DNA from: an uncultured Acidiferrobacterales bacterium
Lineage (GTDB): Bacteria > Pseudomonadota > Gammaproteobacteria > Acidiferrobacterales > UBA6901
Assembly (NCBI GenBank): GCA_964355495.1
Contig: CAYHES010000001.1
Span: 1 to 54,222, forward strand
DNA length: 54,222 nucleotides
Direction of reading: 5' to 3'
A program made the translations under genes and the position numbers. Under the pieces are notes generated by a model, which was not told the DNA's origin, ran no database searches, and saw only the letters and a list, made by a program, of their open reading frames with translations. This document shows, one piece after another, positions 47,117 through 54,222 of this stretch (its first letter is position 1; the number at the start of each line of letters is the position of its first letter).

Positions 47117-48106
47117 GTGACCTCAACATTGCTTAATGCCCGCGTGCTGGACATCGACTGTTCTGCTGAAGTAGACCGCATTGCCAAACGGCTGGTGGAA
47201 ATTGTCGCGCGTACGCTGCACCGCCGTGGCATGATTATCGCACTGTCCGGCGGTGTGGACAGTTCGGTGTGCGCGGCGCTTGCGGTTCGCGCCCTTGGGC
47301 CAGGCAAGGTGTTTGGTCTGATGTTGCCGGAAAAGGAGTCCTCCTCGACCAGCCTGACGCGTGGCAAACTGATTGCCGAACAGCTTGACATCAGTTATGC
47401 GGTTGAGAATATCGGACCTACGCTTGAGGCAATTGGTTGTTACCGCTGGCGCGACGAAGCCATGCGCGTGGTGTTTCCTGAATACGGGGCGGACTGGAAG
47501 AGCAAAATTGCGATTGCGGGGGGCGCGCAGGGGCGCATCAACTACTTCAAACTGGTCGTGCAATCACCGAGTGGCGAAATCCAGGAGACGCGTCTTCCGC
47601 TTAAGGAATATCTGCAGATCGTAGCCGCCACCAACTACAAGCAGCGCATACGCAAGACAATCGAATACTTCCATGCTGACCGGCTGAACTACGCGGTGAT
47701 CGGTACACCGAATCGCCTTGAGTACGACCAGGGGTTCTTCGTCAAGAACGGCGATGGATCGGCGGACCTCAAACCGATTGCCCATCTCTACAAAACACAG
47801 GTCTACGCACTCGCCAGGTATTTTGGATTGCCAGCGGAAATCTGTTCCGCCGCGCCCACCACGGATACCTACAGCATGCAGCAGGGGCAGGACGAATTCT
47901 ATTTCGCACTGCCGTACGACAAGATGGACGTTGCATTGTGGGCGCACAATCACGCAGTGCCGGCCAACGCGCTCGCGGCTCATCTCGGAATCAGCGATGC
48001 CCAGGCAGATTTCATTTATAAGGATATCGATGCCAAGCGGCAGACCACGCGCTATTTGCATGCGAAGCCGGTTCTTGTGGAGCCTGTAACCGAGATCACC
48101 GTGTGA
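47117..48106 (+). CDS. NAD synthetase (NadE)-like PP-loop ATP pyrophosphatase without a glutaminase domain
   Basis: Contains the PP-loop motif ALSGGVDSSVCAAL and, later, DGSADLKPIAHLYKTQVYALARYFGLP. It has a GTG start with an AGGAG ribosome-binding site. Confidence 0.75.
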   Translation: MTSTLLNARVLDIDCSAEVDRIAKRLVEIVARTLHRRGMIIALSGGVDSSVCAALAVRALGPGKVFGLMLPEKESSSTSLTRGKLIAEQLDISYAVENIGPTLEAIGCYRWRDEAMRVVFPEYGADWKSKIAIAGGAQGRINYFKLVVQSPSGEIQETRLPLKEYLQIVAATNYKQRIRKTIEYFHADRLNYAVIGTPNRLEYDQGFFVKNGDGSADLKPIAHLYKTQVYALARYFGLPAEICSAAPTTDTYSMQQGQDEFYFALPYDKMDVALWAHNHAVPANALAAHLGISDAQADFIYKDIDAKRQTTRYLHAKPVLVEPVTEITV

Positions 48107-49017
48107 CGCCACCCACGACAGACGAAGAAATTGAACTTTTCCAAAAGCTGATTGCCCGGCTTTCATTTGGTCTGAACCTACTTCCGGACAAGCCGGAGGA
48201 AACAGTGGATAGCACGCTACGTGCACTCTGGCACGCTGCTGCCGATGTGCCGGTTTCCGTCCAGAAGGCAACTACACTGCCGCTGACTGCCCTCGATGCG
48301 ATGGGTATCGATCGGCTGCATATGCTCATAGCTCAGCGCGTCACGGGCGTTCCGCTTGCACATCTGACAGGTCGTCAGCACTTCATGGGGCTGGAGCTTC
48401 TGGCCGGCAAAGAGGCTCTGATACCGCGTCGGGAAACCGAGATCCTAGGCCGCGGTGCGTACGAAGTCTTGAAAAGTCTGGCTGAAGAGCGGGACGAGGT
48501 CACAGTTGTGGATGTCTGCACGGGCTCCGGCAATTTGGCGCTGGCACTCGCTTATCACGTACCGAAGGCGCGAGTGTTTGGCGCGGATCTCTCGGGCGAG
48601 GCCGTGACGTTGGCTCAACGCAATGTATGTCATTTGGGACTACAGAAACGGGTCGAGTTCCGGGAGGGAGACCTGCTGGCGCCGTTTGATGCGCCGGCGT
48701 TCCATGGCCGCGTTTGTCTTATGGTCTGCAATCCGCCGTACATATCAAGCAAGAAGGTCGACACCATGCCGGGGGAAATCATCTCGCATGAGCCGCGTTT
48801 AGCTTTTGACGGCGGGCCGTTTGGCATACGTATTGTCGAACGGCTGATGCGTGAGGCACCGCGTTTTCTGCGTAAGGGCGGCTTTCTGGCATTTGAAGTT
48901 GGTCTCGGTCAGGGACCGGCGCTTGCGAAGCGGCTGGCTGGGAACAAAAGTTATACCAGGCGGCGTTCCATCGAAGACGAAAACGGGGATATCAGAGTAC
49001 TCATAGCCGAAATCTGA
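48103..49017 (+). CDS. HemK/PrmC-like SAM-dependent N-methyltransferase
   Basis: SAM motif I is VVDVCTGSGNLALALA and the catalytic motif is CNPPYI. There is a GTGA start/stop overlap with the NadE-like gene. Confidence 0.8.
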   Translation: MTPPTTDEEIELFQKLIARLSFGLNLLPDKPEETVDSTLRALWHAAADVPVSVQKATTLPLTALDAMGIDRLHMLIAQRVTGVPLAHLTGRQHFMGLELLAGKEALIPRRETEILGRGAYEVLKSLAEERDEVTVVDVCTGSGNLALALAYHVPKARVFGADLSGEAVTLAQRNVCHLGLQKRVEFREGDLLAPFDAPAFHGRVCLMVCNPPYISSKKVDTMPGEIISHEPRLAFDGGPFGIRIVERLMREAPRFLRKGGFLAFEVGLGQGPALAKRLAGNKSYTRRRSIEDENGDIRVLIAEI

Positions 49018-49125
49018 AATGGATCGGCGATTCGGTCTCGTTCCGTGGCAACAGTAGTGGGCTTAGTTACGGGTAAGGCTCTGGGCTCGGTGTGAGGTGG
49101 GTAAAGGACCACGGAACGCCTGTCC

Positions 49126-50406
49126 TTAGAGACGCCAAATTCTGAGACCGGCGGCACGCAGTGCAGCCGTGTCGAAAGCAGACTTTACGTCAATGAAGCA
49201 TCCCTTGGCAGCAATCTTCTTCGCTAACCTGTCGGGACTCATCTTCAGGAAATCCGAGTGCGCGACCGCGGCGACCATGGCATCCGCCACTGGCAGATCA
49301 TCCCACGACACCAACTCAATGCCGTATTCATGGTGGGCCTCTTCCTTGAGCGGCACCGGATCGTGCACGAATACCTCGATGCCATACGTCCGCAGCTCAG
49401 CGATCACGTCGATGACGCGCGAGTTGCGTAGGTCCGGCACGTTCTCCTTGAAAGTGAGGCCAAGGACGTTGACCTTGGCGCCTTTGATGGAGCTACCGGA
49501 GGCGATCATCTTCTTGACGGTTTGCTCGGCAATGAACTTGCCCATGTTGTCGTTGATGCGCCGTCCGGCTAGGATCACTTCCGGGTGGTAACCGATCATC
49601 TCCGCCTTGTACGTGAGATAGTAGGGGTCGACGCCAATGCAGTGACCGCCGACCAGGCCGGGGCGGAAGGGCAGGAAGTTCCACTTGGTGCCGGCGGCCT
49701 GCAGTACTTCCAGCGTGTCGATACCGAGCTTGTTGAAGATCAGCGCCAGCTCGTTCATGAGCGCGATATTGAGATCGCGCTGGGTGTTTTCGATGACCTT
49801 GGCGGCTTCGGCCACGGCGATGCTGGAAGCGCGGTGCACCCCGGCTGTGATAACGGAACTGTAGAGATTGGCGACAGCGTCCAGGGTAGCGGCGTCGTCA
49901 CCCGATACGACTTTCACAATCCTCGTGAGCGTGTGTTCCTTGTCGCCCGGATTGATGCGCTCGGGTGAATAGCCGATGTGAAAATCCTTTTTCCACTTCA
50001 GGCCAGAATTTTGTTCGAGCACCGGAATGCAGACCTCCTCGGTGGCGCCTGGATAGACGGTTGACTCGTAGATCACGATCGCGCCCTTTTTCATGTTCTG
50101 GCCGACCGTGCGGCTGGCGCCCACGAGAGGGCTGAAGTCGGGCAGATGGGCGTTGTCGATCGGGGTGGGGACGGCAACAATGATGTAGTCGGCAGCAGCG
50201 AGCGCAGTGGGATCGGTGGTGGCCTTGAGTTTCGTGGCTGCGCGCAGCGCCTCACTCGACACTTCACCGGTGGGGTCTACGAAGTTCTGATAGCTGCGTA
50301 CCTTTTCGGTGCTCAGGTCGAAGCCGATGGTTTCGCGGATCTTTCCGAATTCCACGGCGAGCGGCAGGCCGACATATCCGAGCCCGACAACGGCAATAGT
50401 GCTCAT
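49126..50406 (-). CDS. Nucleotide-sugar 6-dehydrogenase, TviB/WbpO/CapL-like (UDP-N-acetylhexosamine dehydrogenase)
   Basis: MSTIAVVGLGYVGLPLAVEFGK matches the TviB/WbpO N-terminus. GGHCIGVDP carries the catalytic Cys. The start is taken at ATG 50406 rather than the longest ORF. Confidence 0.8.
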   Translation of the reverse strand: MSTIAVVGLGYVGLPLAVEFGKIRETIGFDLSTEKVRSYQNFVDPTGEVSSEALRAATKLKATTDPTALAAADYIIVAVPTPIDNAHLPDFSPLVGASRTVGQNMKKGAIVIYESTVYPGATEEVCIPVLEQNSGLKWKKDFHIGYSPERINPGDKEHTLTRIVKVVSGDDAATLDAVANLYSSVITAGVHRASSIAVAEAAKVIENTQRDLNIALMNELALIFNKLGIDTLEVLQAAGTKWNFLPFRPGLVGGHCIGVDPYYLTYKAEMIGYHPEVILAGRRINDNMGKFIAEQTVKKMIASGSSIKGAKVNVLGLTFKENVPDLRNSRVIDVIAELRTYGIEVFVHDPVPLKEEAHHEYGIELVSWDDLPVADAMVAAVAHSDFLKMSPDRLAKKIAAKGCFIDVKSAFDTAALRAAGLRIWRL

Positions 50407-50576
50407 TTTAGAATATCCCCGAAAGATTGACTGCTGAAGAGGCTGTTTGTTTCGGGCCAGTTTAACCGAAGAAATTGCGGTATTCCAACGCCGGCAGCAT
50501 GTCACCACATGGTAACCTGCATATACTATGAATTCGTGACGGCGAATGGTGTAATCCAACAAGGCGAGGTGGCACG

Positions 50577-51506
50577 TTGAACAGGAAGGTGTTGATTACC
50601 GGCGGGGCGGGATTCATCGGCTCACATCTGGCCGAGCATCTGCTCGCGGCCGGAAACAGCGTGCGGGTGCTGGATAACCTGTCGACCGGCAAACGCGAGA
50701 ATTTGCCCGCGCATCCGCAGCTTGAGTTCGTGCAGGGCGATATCCGTGACAAGCACCTTGTCTCCGAATCCGCTCACGGCATGGACGCCATTGTGCATTT
50801 GGCCGCAGTCGCGTCCGTGCAGGCGAGTGTGGATGATCCCACTGGCACGCATGAGACCAATTTCGACGGCACCCTGTATCTGCTTGAAGCCGCGCGCAAG
50901 GAAAACATCAGGCGCTTTCTCTATGCCAGTTCGGCCGCCGTGTATGGCGACAATACGCGTCTGCCGCTGGTGGAAGAGGAAATTCTCAATCCGTTGTCGC
51001 CGTATGCCGCCGACAAACTGGCCGGTGAGTACTATTTGCGTTTTTACCATGCGAAGTTCGGAATCGAGACGACGGCATTCCGGTTCTTCAATATTTTCGG
51101 GCCGCGCCAGGATCCGTCTTCACCCTATTCGGGAGTAATCAGCATTTTCATCGAGCGAGTCAGCCGCGGCGAACCGGTCACCGTGTTCGGCGATGGTCGG
51201 CAGACGCGCGATTTCGTTTATGTCGGCGATCTGGTGAAGTTGCTGGCGCAGGCGCTGACGCGTGCCGAAACGGCCGGGCAGGTGATTAATGTCGGCCGTG
51301 GCAAGCAATGCTCGCTGCTCGAGCTGCTGGAGGCGCTGGAGAAGCTTGCTGGCAAACCGGTGGAACGCCGATTCGCAGCAGCACGCCTGGGCGATATTGT
51401 GCATTCACGTGCGGATATTTCCCGACTCGTGCGCCTGCTGGGCAAGGCGCCGGAGACCGACATCGTTACCGGGCTTGGCGAGATCTTGCGGCACCGGAAC
51501 GGCTGA
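50577..51506 (+). CDS. NAD-dependent epimerase/dehydratase (extended SDR, possibly WbpP/TviC-like)
   Basis: Contains VLITGGAGFIGSHL and the catalytic motif SPYAADK. It is divergent from the dehydrogenase gene. It has a TTG start. Confidence 0.8.
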   Translation: MNRKVLITGGAGFIGSHLAEHLLAAGNSVRVLDNLSTGKRENLPAHPQLEFVQGDIRDKHLVSESAHGMDAIVHLAAVASVQASVDDPTGTHETNFDGTLYLLEAARKENIRRFLYASSAAVYGDNTRLPLVEEEILNPLSPYAADKLAGEYYLRFYHAKFGIETTAFRFFNIFGPRQDPSSPYSGVISIFIERVSRGEPVTVFGDGRQTRDFVYVGDLVKLLAQALTRAETAGQVINVGRGKQCSLLELLEALEKLAGKPVERRFAAARLGDIVHSRADISRLVRLLGKAPETDIVTGLGEILRHRNG

Positions 51507-51560
51507 CGGTCTACTGAAATACTCCCTCTTTACTTGGATTGAATCGCCTGCGGCGATGAT

Positions 51561-51583
51561 TGGTGGGGCAGGCCACACCCCAC
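51561..51583. repeat. REP-like unit (GGTGGGGCAGGNCCCCACC family)
   Basis: The sequence tggtggggcaggccacaccccac lies just downstream of the epimerase stop. Confidence 0.65.
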
Positions 51584-51613
51584 AAATTCTATGCCGCTTG
51601 GGCTTACAATTTC

Positions 51614-51642
51614 TTGACTAGATGTATCTTGTAGGATACACT
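51614..51642 (+). promoter_or_regulatory. Candidate sigma-70 promoter with an embedded palindromic operator for the toxin-antitoxin cassette
   Basis: TTGACT (51614-51619), a 17-nt spacer, then TACACT (51637-51642). The inverted repeat GTATC-N6-GATAC (51624-51639) lies between the -35 and -10 boxes, 18 nt upstream of the toxin ATG. Confidence 0.4.
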
Positions 51643-51656
51643 TAATCGTGCTGGTT

Positions 51657-51984
51657 ATGCGTGAATACACCCACAACGACAAAGCGCCGTTCAGCGAATG
51701 GCTGAACAAACTCGACCGGCCCGGTGAAGGCTCGGGTCATGACCCGCATTGACCGTATCCGGCGCGGGAATTTTGGTGATACGAAGTCGGTTGGAGAGGG
51801 GGTATTCGAACTGCGGATAGCCTTTGGCCCTGGTTATCGTGTCTATTACGCAAGGCAAGGTCAGGAGATTGTTGTTCTCCTGTGTGGCGGTGATAAAGGG
51901 TCACAGCCGAGAGACATAGCCAGAGCAAAAGAGTTCTGGCGTGACGTTAACCGGAGTGCAGACCATGGCAACCAGACCCTATAG
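51657..51984 (+). pseudogene. HigB/RelE-superfamily addiction-module killer protein, apparently frameshifted
   Basis: ATG 51657 gives MREYTHNDKAPFSEWLNKLDRP, then the frame is lost near 51717-51723 (cggcccggtg). The family sequence continues in the next frame as VKARVMTRIDRIRRGNFGDTKSVGEGVFELRIAFGPGYRVYYARQGQEIVVLLCGGDKGSQ. Confidence 0.65.
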
Positions 51985-52273
51985 CGAAACGCTTAACGAA
52001 GCGCTGCGTGATCCTCGCGACGCCGCGGCTTATCTTGAAGCTGCGCTGCAGGAGGAAGACGAGGAAGGTTTTCTCCTCGCGCTTCGCACCGTGGCGGAAG
52101 TGCATGGGATTGCCGAGGTCGCGCGCAAGGCCGGTGTCGGGCGCGAGAGCCTCTACAAGACGTTAAGCGAAGATGGCAACCCGAAGCTGCATACGCTCAC
52201 GGCGTTACTGCATAGTCTTGGATTGCGTCTCTCCGTGACCCCGGAGAACCAACAGTCTGCAACGAATTCTTAA
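51965..52273 (+). CDS. Addiction-module antidote protein (XRE-type HTH antitoxin)
   Basis: Contains YLEAALQEEDEEGFLLALRTVAEVHGIAEVARKAGVGRESLYKTLSEDGNPKLHTLTALLHSLGLRLSV. It overlaps the toxin 3' end. Confidence 0.8.
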   Translation: MATRPYSETLNEALRDPRDAAAYLEAALQEEDEEGFLLALRTVAEVHGIAEVARKAGVGRESLYKTLSEDGNPKLHTLTALLHSLGLRLSVTPENQQSATNS

Positions 52274-52371
52274 ACGCTTGAGGCTTGGCACGAACCAGGC
52301 CACAGTCAACGCAGCGCATTTCAATGCGACCACTCGTGCGCAGCCGCACGCATTATTGAGTGCCAACACCT

Positions 52372-52457
52372 CCCGGCTCGTTCGCCTGCTGGGCAAGACA
52401 CCGGAGACCGATATTGTTACCGGGCTTGGCGAGATCTTGTGGCACCGGAATGGTTGA
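52372..52457 (+). repeat. Diverged duplicate of the last 86 nt of the epimerase gene (51421-51506)
   Basis: There are about 9 mismatches in 86 nt. The copy translates to SRLVRLLGKTPETDIVTGLGEILWHRNG-stop, against SRLVRLLGKAPETDIVTGLGEILRHRNG-stop in the intact gene. A second shared 20-mer, ttgaatcgcctgcggcgatg, follows both copies (51539-51558 and 52669-52688). Confidence 0.9.
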
Positions 52458-52510
52458 ACAATCAAGCCTGCGCACGGCGATGCGCAGGTGGCCTGGCAGA
52501 TCGGCTCTAT

Positions 52511-52600
52511 CCCTTTCAAAGGGCTGGGAGGGGGATGGTGTCAACGAGGCATTTTTCCTTGAACCCACCCCCATCCCCGCCTTCCCCCTGAGGGGGAAGG
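52511..52600. repeat. Two REP-like units in inverted orientation (CCCCTCCCC/GGGGAGGG family)
   Basis: The units are ccctttcaaagggctgggagggggatggtg and cccacccccatccccgccttccccctgagggggaagg. Confidence 0.6.
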
Positions 52601-52772
52601 AGTGACCATGATCCGGCGTGTTGCCGGCACTTGTAGGGCAGGACCATGCCACATGGCGTGGCAATACTTTGAATCGCCTGCGGCGATGGTTCTCCCGAAG
52701 GGGAAAGGATAAAACACTGCGCGCTATTTACCGTTCCCATCAGAATCTACCGATACCAAGATCCAATCCGAG

Positions 52773-53696
52773 ATGAACAAAATCGCCATCATCGGCTCGG
52801 GGCGCGTGGGAGAAGCCGCCGCGTGGCTCATCGCCCAGCGCGGGCTGTGTGAAGAGCTTGCATTGCTGGAGGTCGTCCCGGGTCTGGCGGCGGGCGTTGT
52901 CCTCGATATCCAGCAGGCTGCCCCACTGCAGGGCTTTCATACGTATGTCTCTGGCGGGCAACAGCCGGACATCCTCCGTGATTCTGAGATTGTGATCATT
53001 ACCGCTGGCGCGTCACGCAGGCCCGGCATGACGCGTCTGGATCTGCAGGCGGTGAATATCCGGATCATGGAGACCGTGCTCCCGCAGATTCGCGAGCATG
53101 CTCCCCAAGCCATGTTGCTGGTGGTCACCAATCCGGCGGATGTCATCACCTATCATGTCTGGCGGCGCAGCGCGCTGCCGCGTCAGCGGGTGATCGGTTT
53201 CTCGGGCGTGCTGGACTCCTCGCGCATGGCACATTTTCTCGCCCAGGCCGCCGGATTCAAGGATGACGCCGTGACCGCAATGGTCATCGGCGGTCATGGC
53301 GACAGCATGGTGCCGTTGGTGAGTCAGGCGCGGGTGAACGGTGTGCCCGTGGGCGAGCTTCTGGACCCGGCGCAACTGGAGGAGGTGATCCGCCGGACCC
53401 GTCAGGCCGGCACGGAAATCCTGAATCTGAAGAAGACCAGCACGGCGTGTATCGCCCCCGCCGCAGGCATCGCCCGCGTGGTGGAGGCCATTGTTCGTGA
53501 TCGCAAGGAAACACTGCCCGTTATCAGCGTGCTGGACGGCGAATATGGGCTGCACGGGTTGGCGATCGGCGTCCCTTGTATCGTCGGCGGACGCGGAATC
53601 GAAAGCGTCGTGCAGCTCGGACTCGCGGGTGACGAGCAACGGCAGTTTCTGGAATCCGCCGAGCGCGTGCGCGAGGAGATCGGGAAGCTTGCTTAA
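52773..53696 (+). CDS. mdh: Malate dehydrogenase, NAD-dependent (LDH-like type)
   Basis: Contains KIAIIGSGRVG, ITAGASRRPGMTRLDL (Arg at the substrate-specificity position), VVTNPADVITY and IGGHGDSMVPL. Confidence 0.85.
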   Translation: MNKIAIIGSGRVGEAAAWLIAQRGLCEELALLEVVPGLAAGVVLDIQQAAPLQGFHTYVSGGQQPDILRDSEIVIITAGASRRPGMTRLDLQAVNIRIMETVLPQIREHAPQAMLLVVTNPADVITYHVWRRSALPRQRVIGFSGVLDSSRMAHFLAQAAGFKDDAVTAMVIGGHGDSMVPLVSQARVNGVPVGELLDPAQLEEVIRRTRQAGTEILNLKKTSTACIAPAAGIARVVEAIVRDRKETLPVISVLDGEYGLHGLAIGVPCIVGGRGIESVVQLGLAGDEQRQFLESAERVREEIGKLA

Positions 53697-53737
53697 GAGA
53701 TACATCTTTGAGGAGGGGCACGCCTTTGAGGTGGACT

Positions 53738-54055
53738 ATGGCGACTATCACTGACAAACGCACAAGGATGCACAACCCGGCGCACCCGGGCGAGATTTTG
53801 CGCGAGCTGTACCTGGCTCCGCTGGGCATCACCATCACCGAGGCCGCCAAGGCCTTGGGCGTAACGCGCAAGCATGTCTCGGCCATTGTGAATGGCCGCA
53901 CGCCGGTTACGCCCGACATGGTGTTGCGTCTGGCCACCGCATTTGCGACCGAGCCTGAGTTGTGGGTGAACCTGCAGGCACAGTACGACCTCTGGACAGT
54001 GAGCAAGAAGGCGCGCCCGAAGGTCAAGACACTGGTGACGAAGAAGGCGGCGTGA
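53738..54055 (+). CDS. higA: HigA-family antitoxin-like XRE HTH protein (orphan)
   Basis: Contains HNPAHPGEILRELYLAPLGITITEAAKALGVTRKHVSAIVNGRTPVTPDMVLRLATAF and ELWVNLQAQYDLW. A GAGG ribosome-binding site lies upstream of ATG 53738. Confidence 0.8.
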   Translation: MATITDKRTRMHNPAHPGEILRELYLAPLGITITEAAKALGVTRKHVSAIVNGRTPVTPDMVLRLATAFATEPELWVNLQAQYDLWTVSKKARPKVKTLVTKKAA

Positions 54056-54125
54056 ACTTGGGGACAGGGGCCAGGTGATTGCCGGGTCACAAACCAGGTA
54101 GGGGGTGAACGTGCCACCCCTTTTT

Positions 54126-54182
54126 GTAGGAGCGACCTCCGGTCGCGAATGTAATTAATCGCGGCCGGGAGGCCGCTCCTAC
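54126..54182. repeat. REP-like doublet in inverted orientation
   Basis: GTAGGAGCGACCTCCGGTCGCGAA (54126-54149) pairs imperfectly with TCGCGGCCGGGAGGCCGCTCCTAC (54159-54182). Each arm is itself a small hairpin. Confidence 0.7.
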
Positions 54183-54222
54183 GCGCAGCCTGCAGGGAGG
54201 GGTCCTGCATACCAATTTACTT

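Overview
This 54.2-kb chromosomal window is probably proteobacterial and is dominated by a large, compositionally mosaic exopolysaccharide (EPS) locus of the PEP-CTERM/XrtA-associated type.

Layout, left to right:
- 1-5.3 kb: a disrupted patatin-like phospholipase gene, a REP-rich spacer, an AbiEi/AbiEii type IV toxin-antitoxin pair, outer-membrane phospholipase A (pldA) and tRNA-Leu(CAA).
- 6.0-25.2 kb, + strand: EPS assembly genes. These are a priming polyprenyl glycosylphosphotransferase, two tandem membrane-anchored hexapeptide acyltransferases, an SGNH-like hydrolase, three NodB deacetylases, a kinase-like fusion protein, a Wzx flippase, a Wzy/O-antigen-ligase-like protein, WecB, three GT4 glycosyltransferases and a synthase-like GT2.
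- 25.2-32.5 kb, - strand: four exported enzymes. These are two purple-acid-phosphatase-like metallophosphoesterases, a beta-helix protein and a pectate-lyase-like lipoprotein. Two of them share a 445-bp identical 5' module.
- 32.6-37.1 kb: a YdcF/DUF218 gene, two acyltransferase-3 genes, a decayed GT4 remnant and a J-domain membrane protein.
- 37.7-43.2 kb: the PEP-CTERM-type export set (Wza-like, Wzz-like, BY-kinase-like, beta-barrel, ExeA-like ATPase).
- 43.3-49.0 kb: a tight operon of AsnB-like amidotransferase, AMP-forming ligase, ACP, NadE-like PP-loop enzyme and HemK-like NPPY methyltransferase.
- 49.1-54.2 kb: divergent TviB/WbpO-like dehydrogenase and SDR epimerase genes, an inserted HigB/HigA-type cassette with a frameshifted toxin, malate dehydrogenase and an orphan HigA-like antitoxin.

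No exosortase, EpsI or PEP-CTERM substrate gene is visible, and there is no CRISPR array, rRNA, transposase or integrase.

The best candidates for undescribed biology are the adenylating-enzyme/ACP/methyltransferase operon and the exported enzyme block with its swapped lipoprotein module.

All family assignments rest on motif reading by eye and need HMM or BLAST confirmation.
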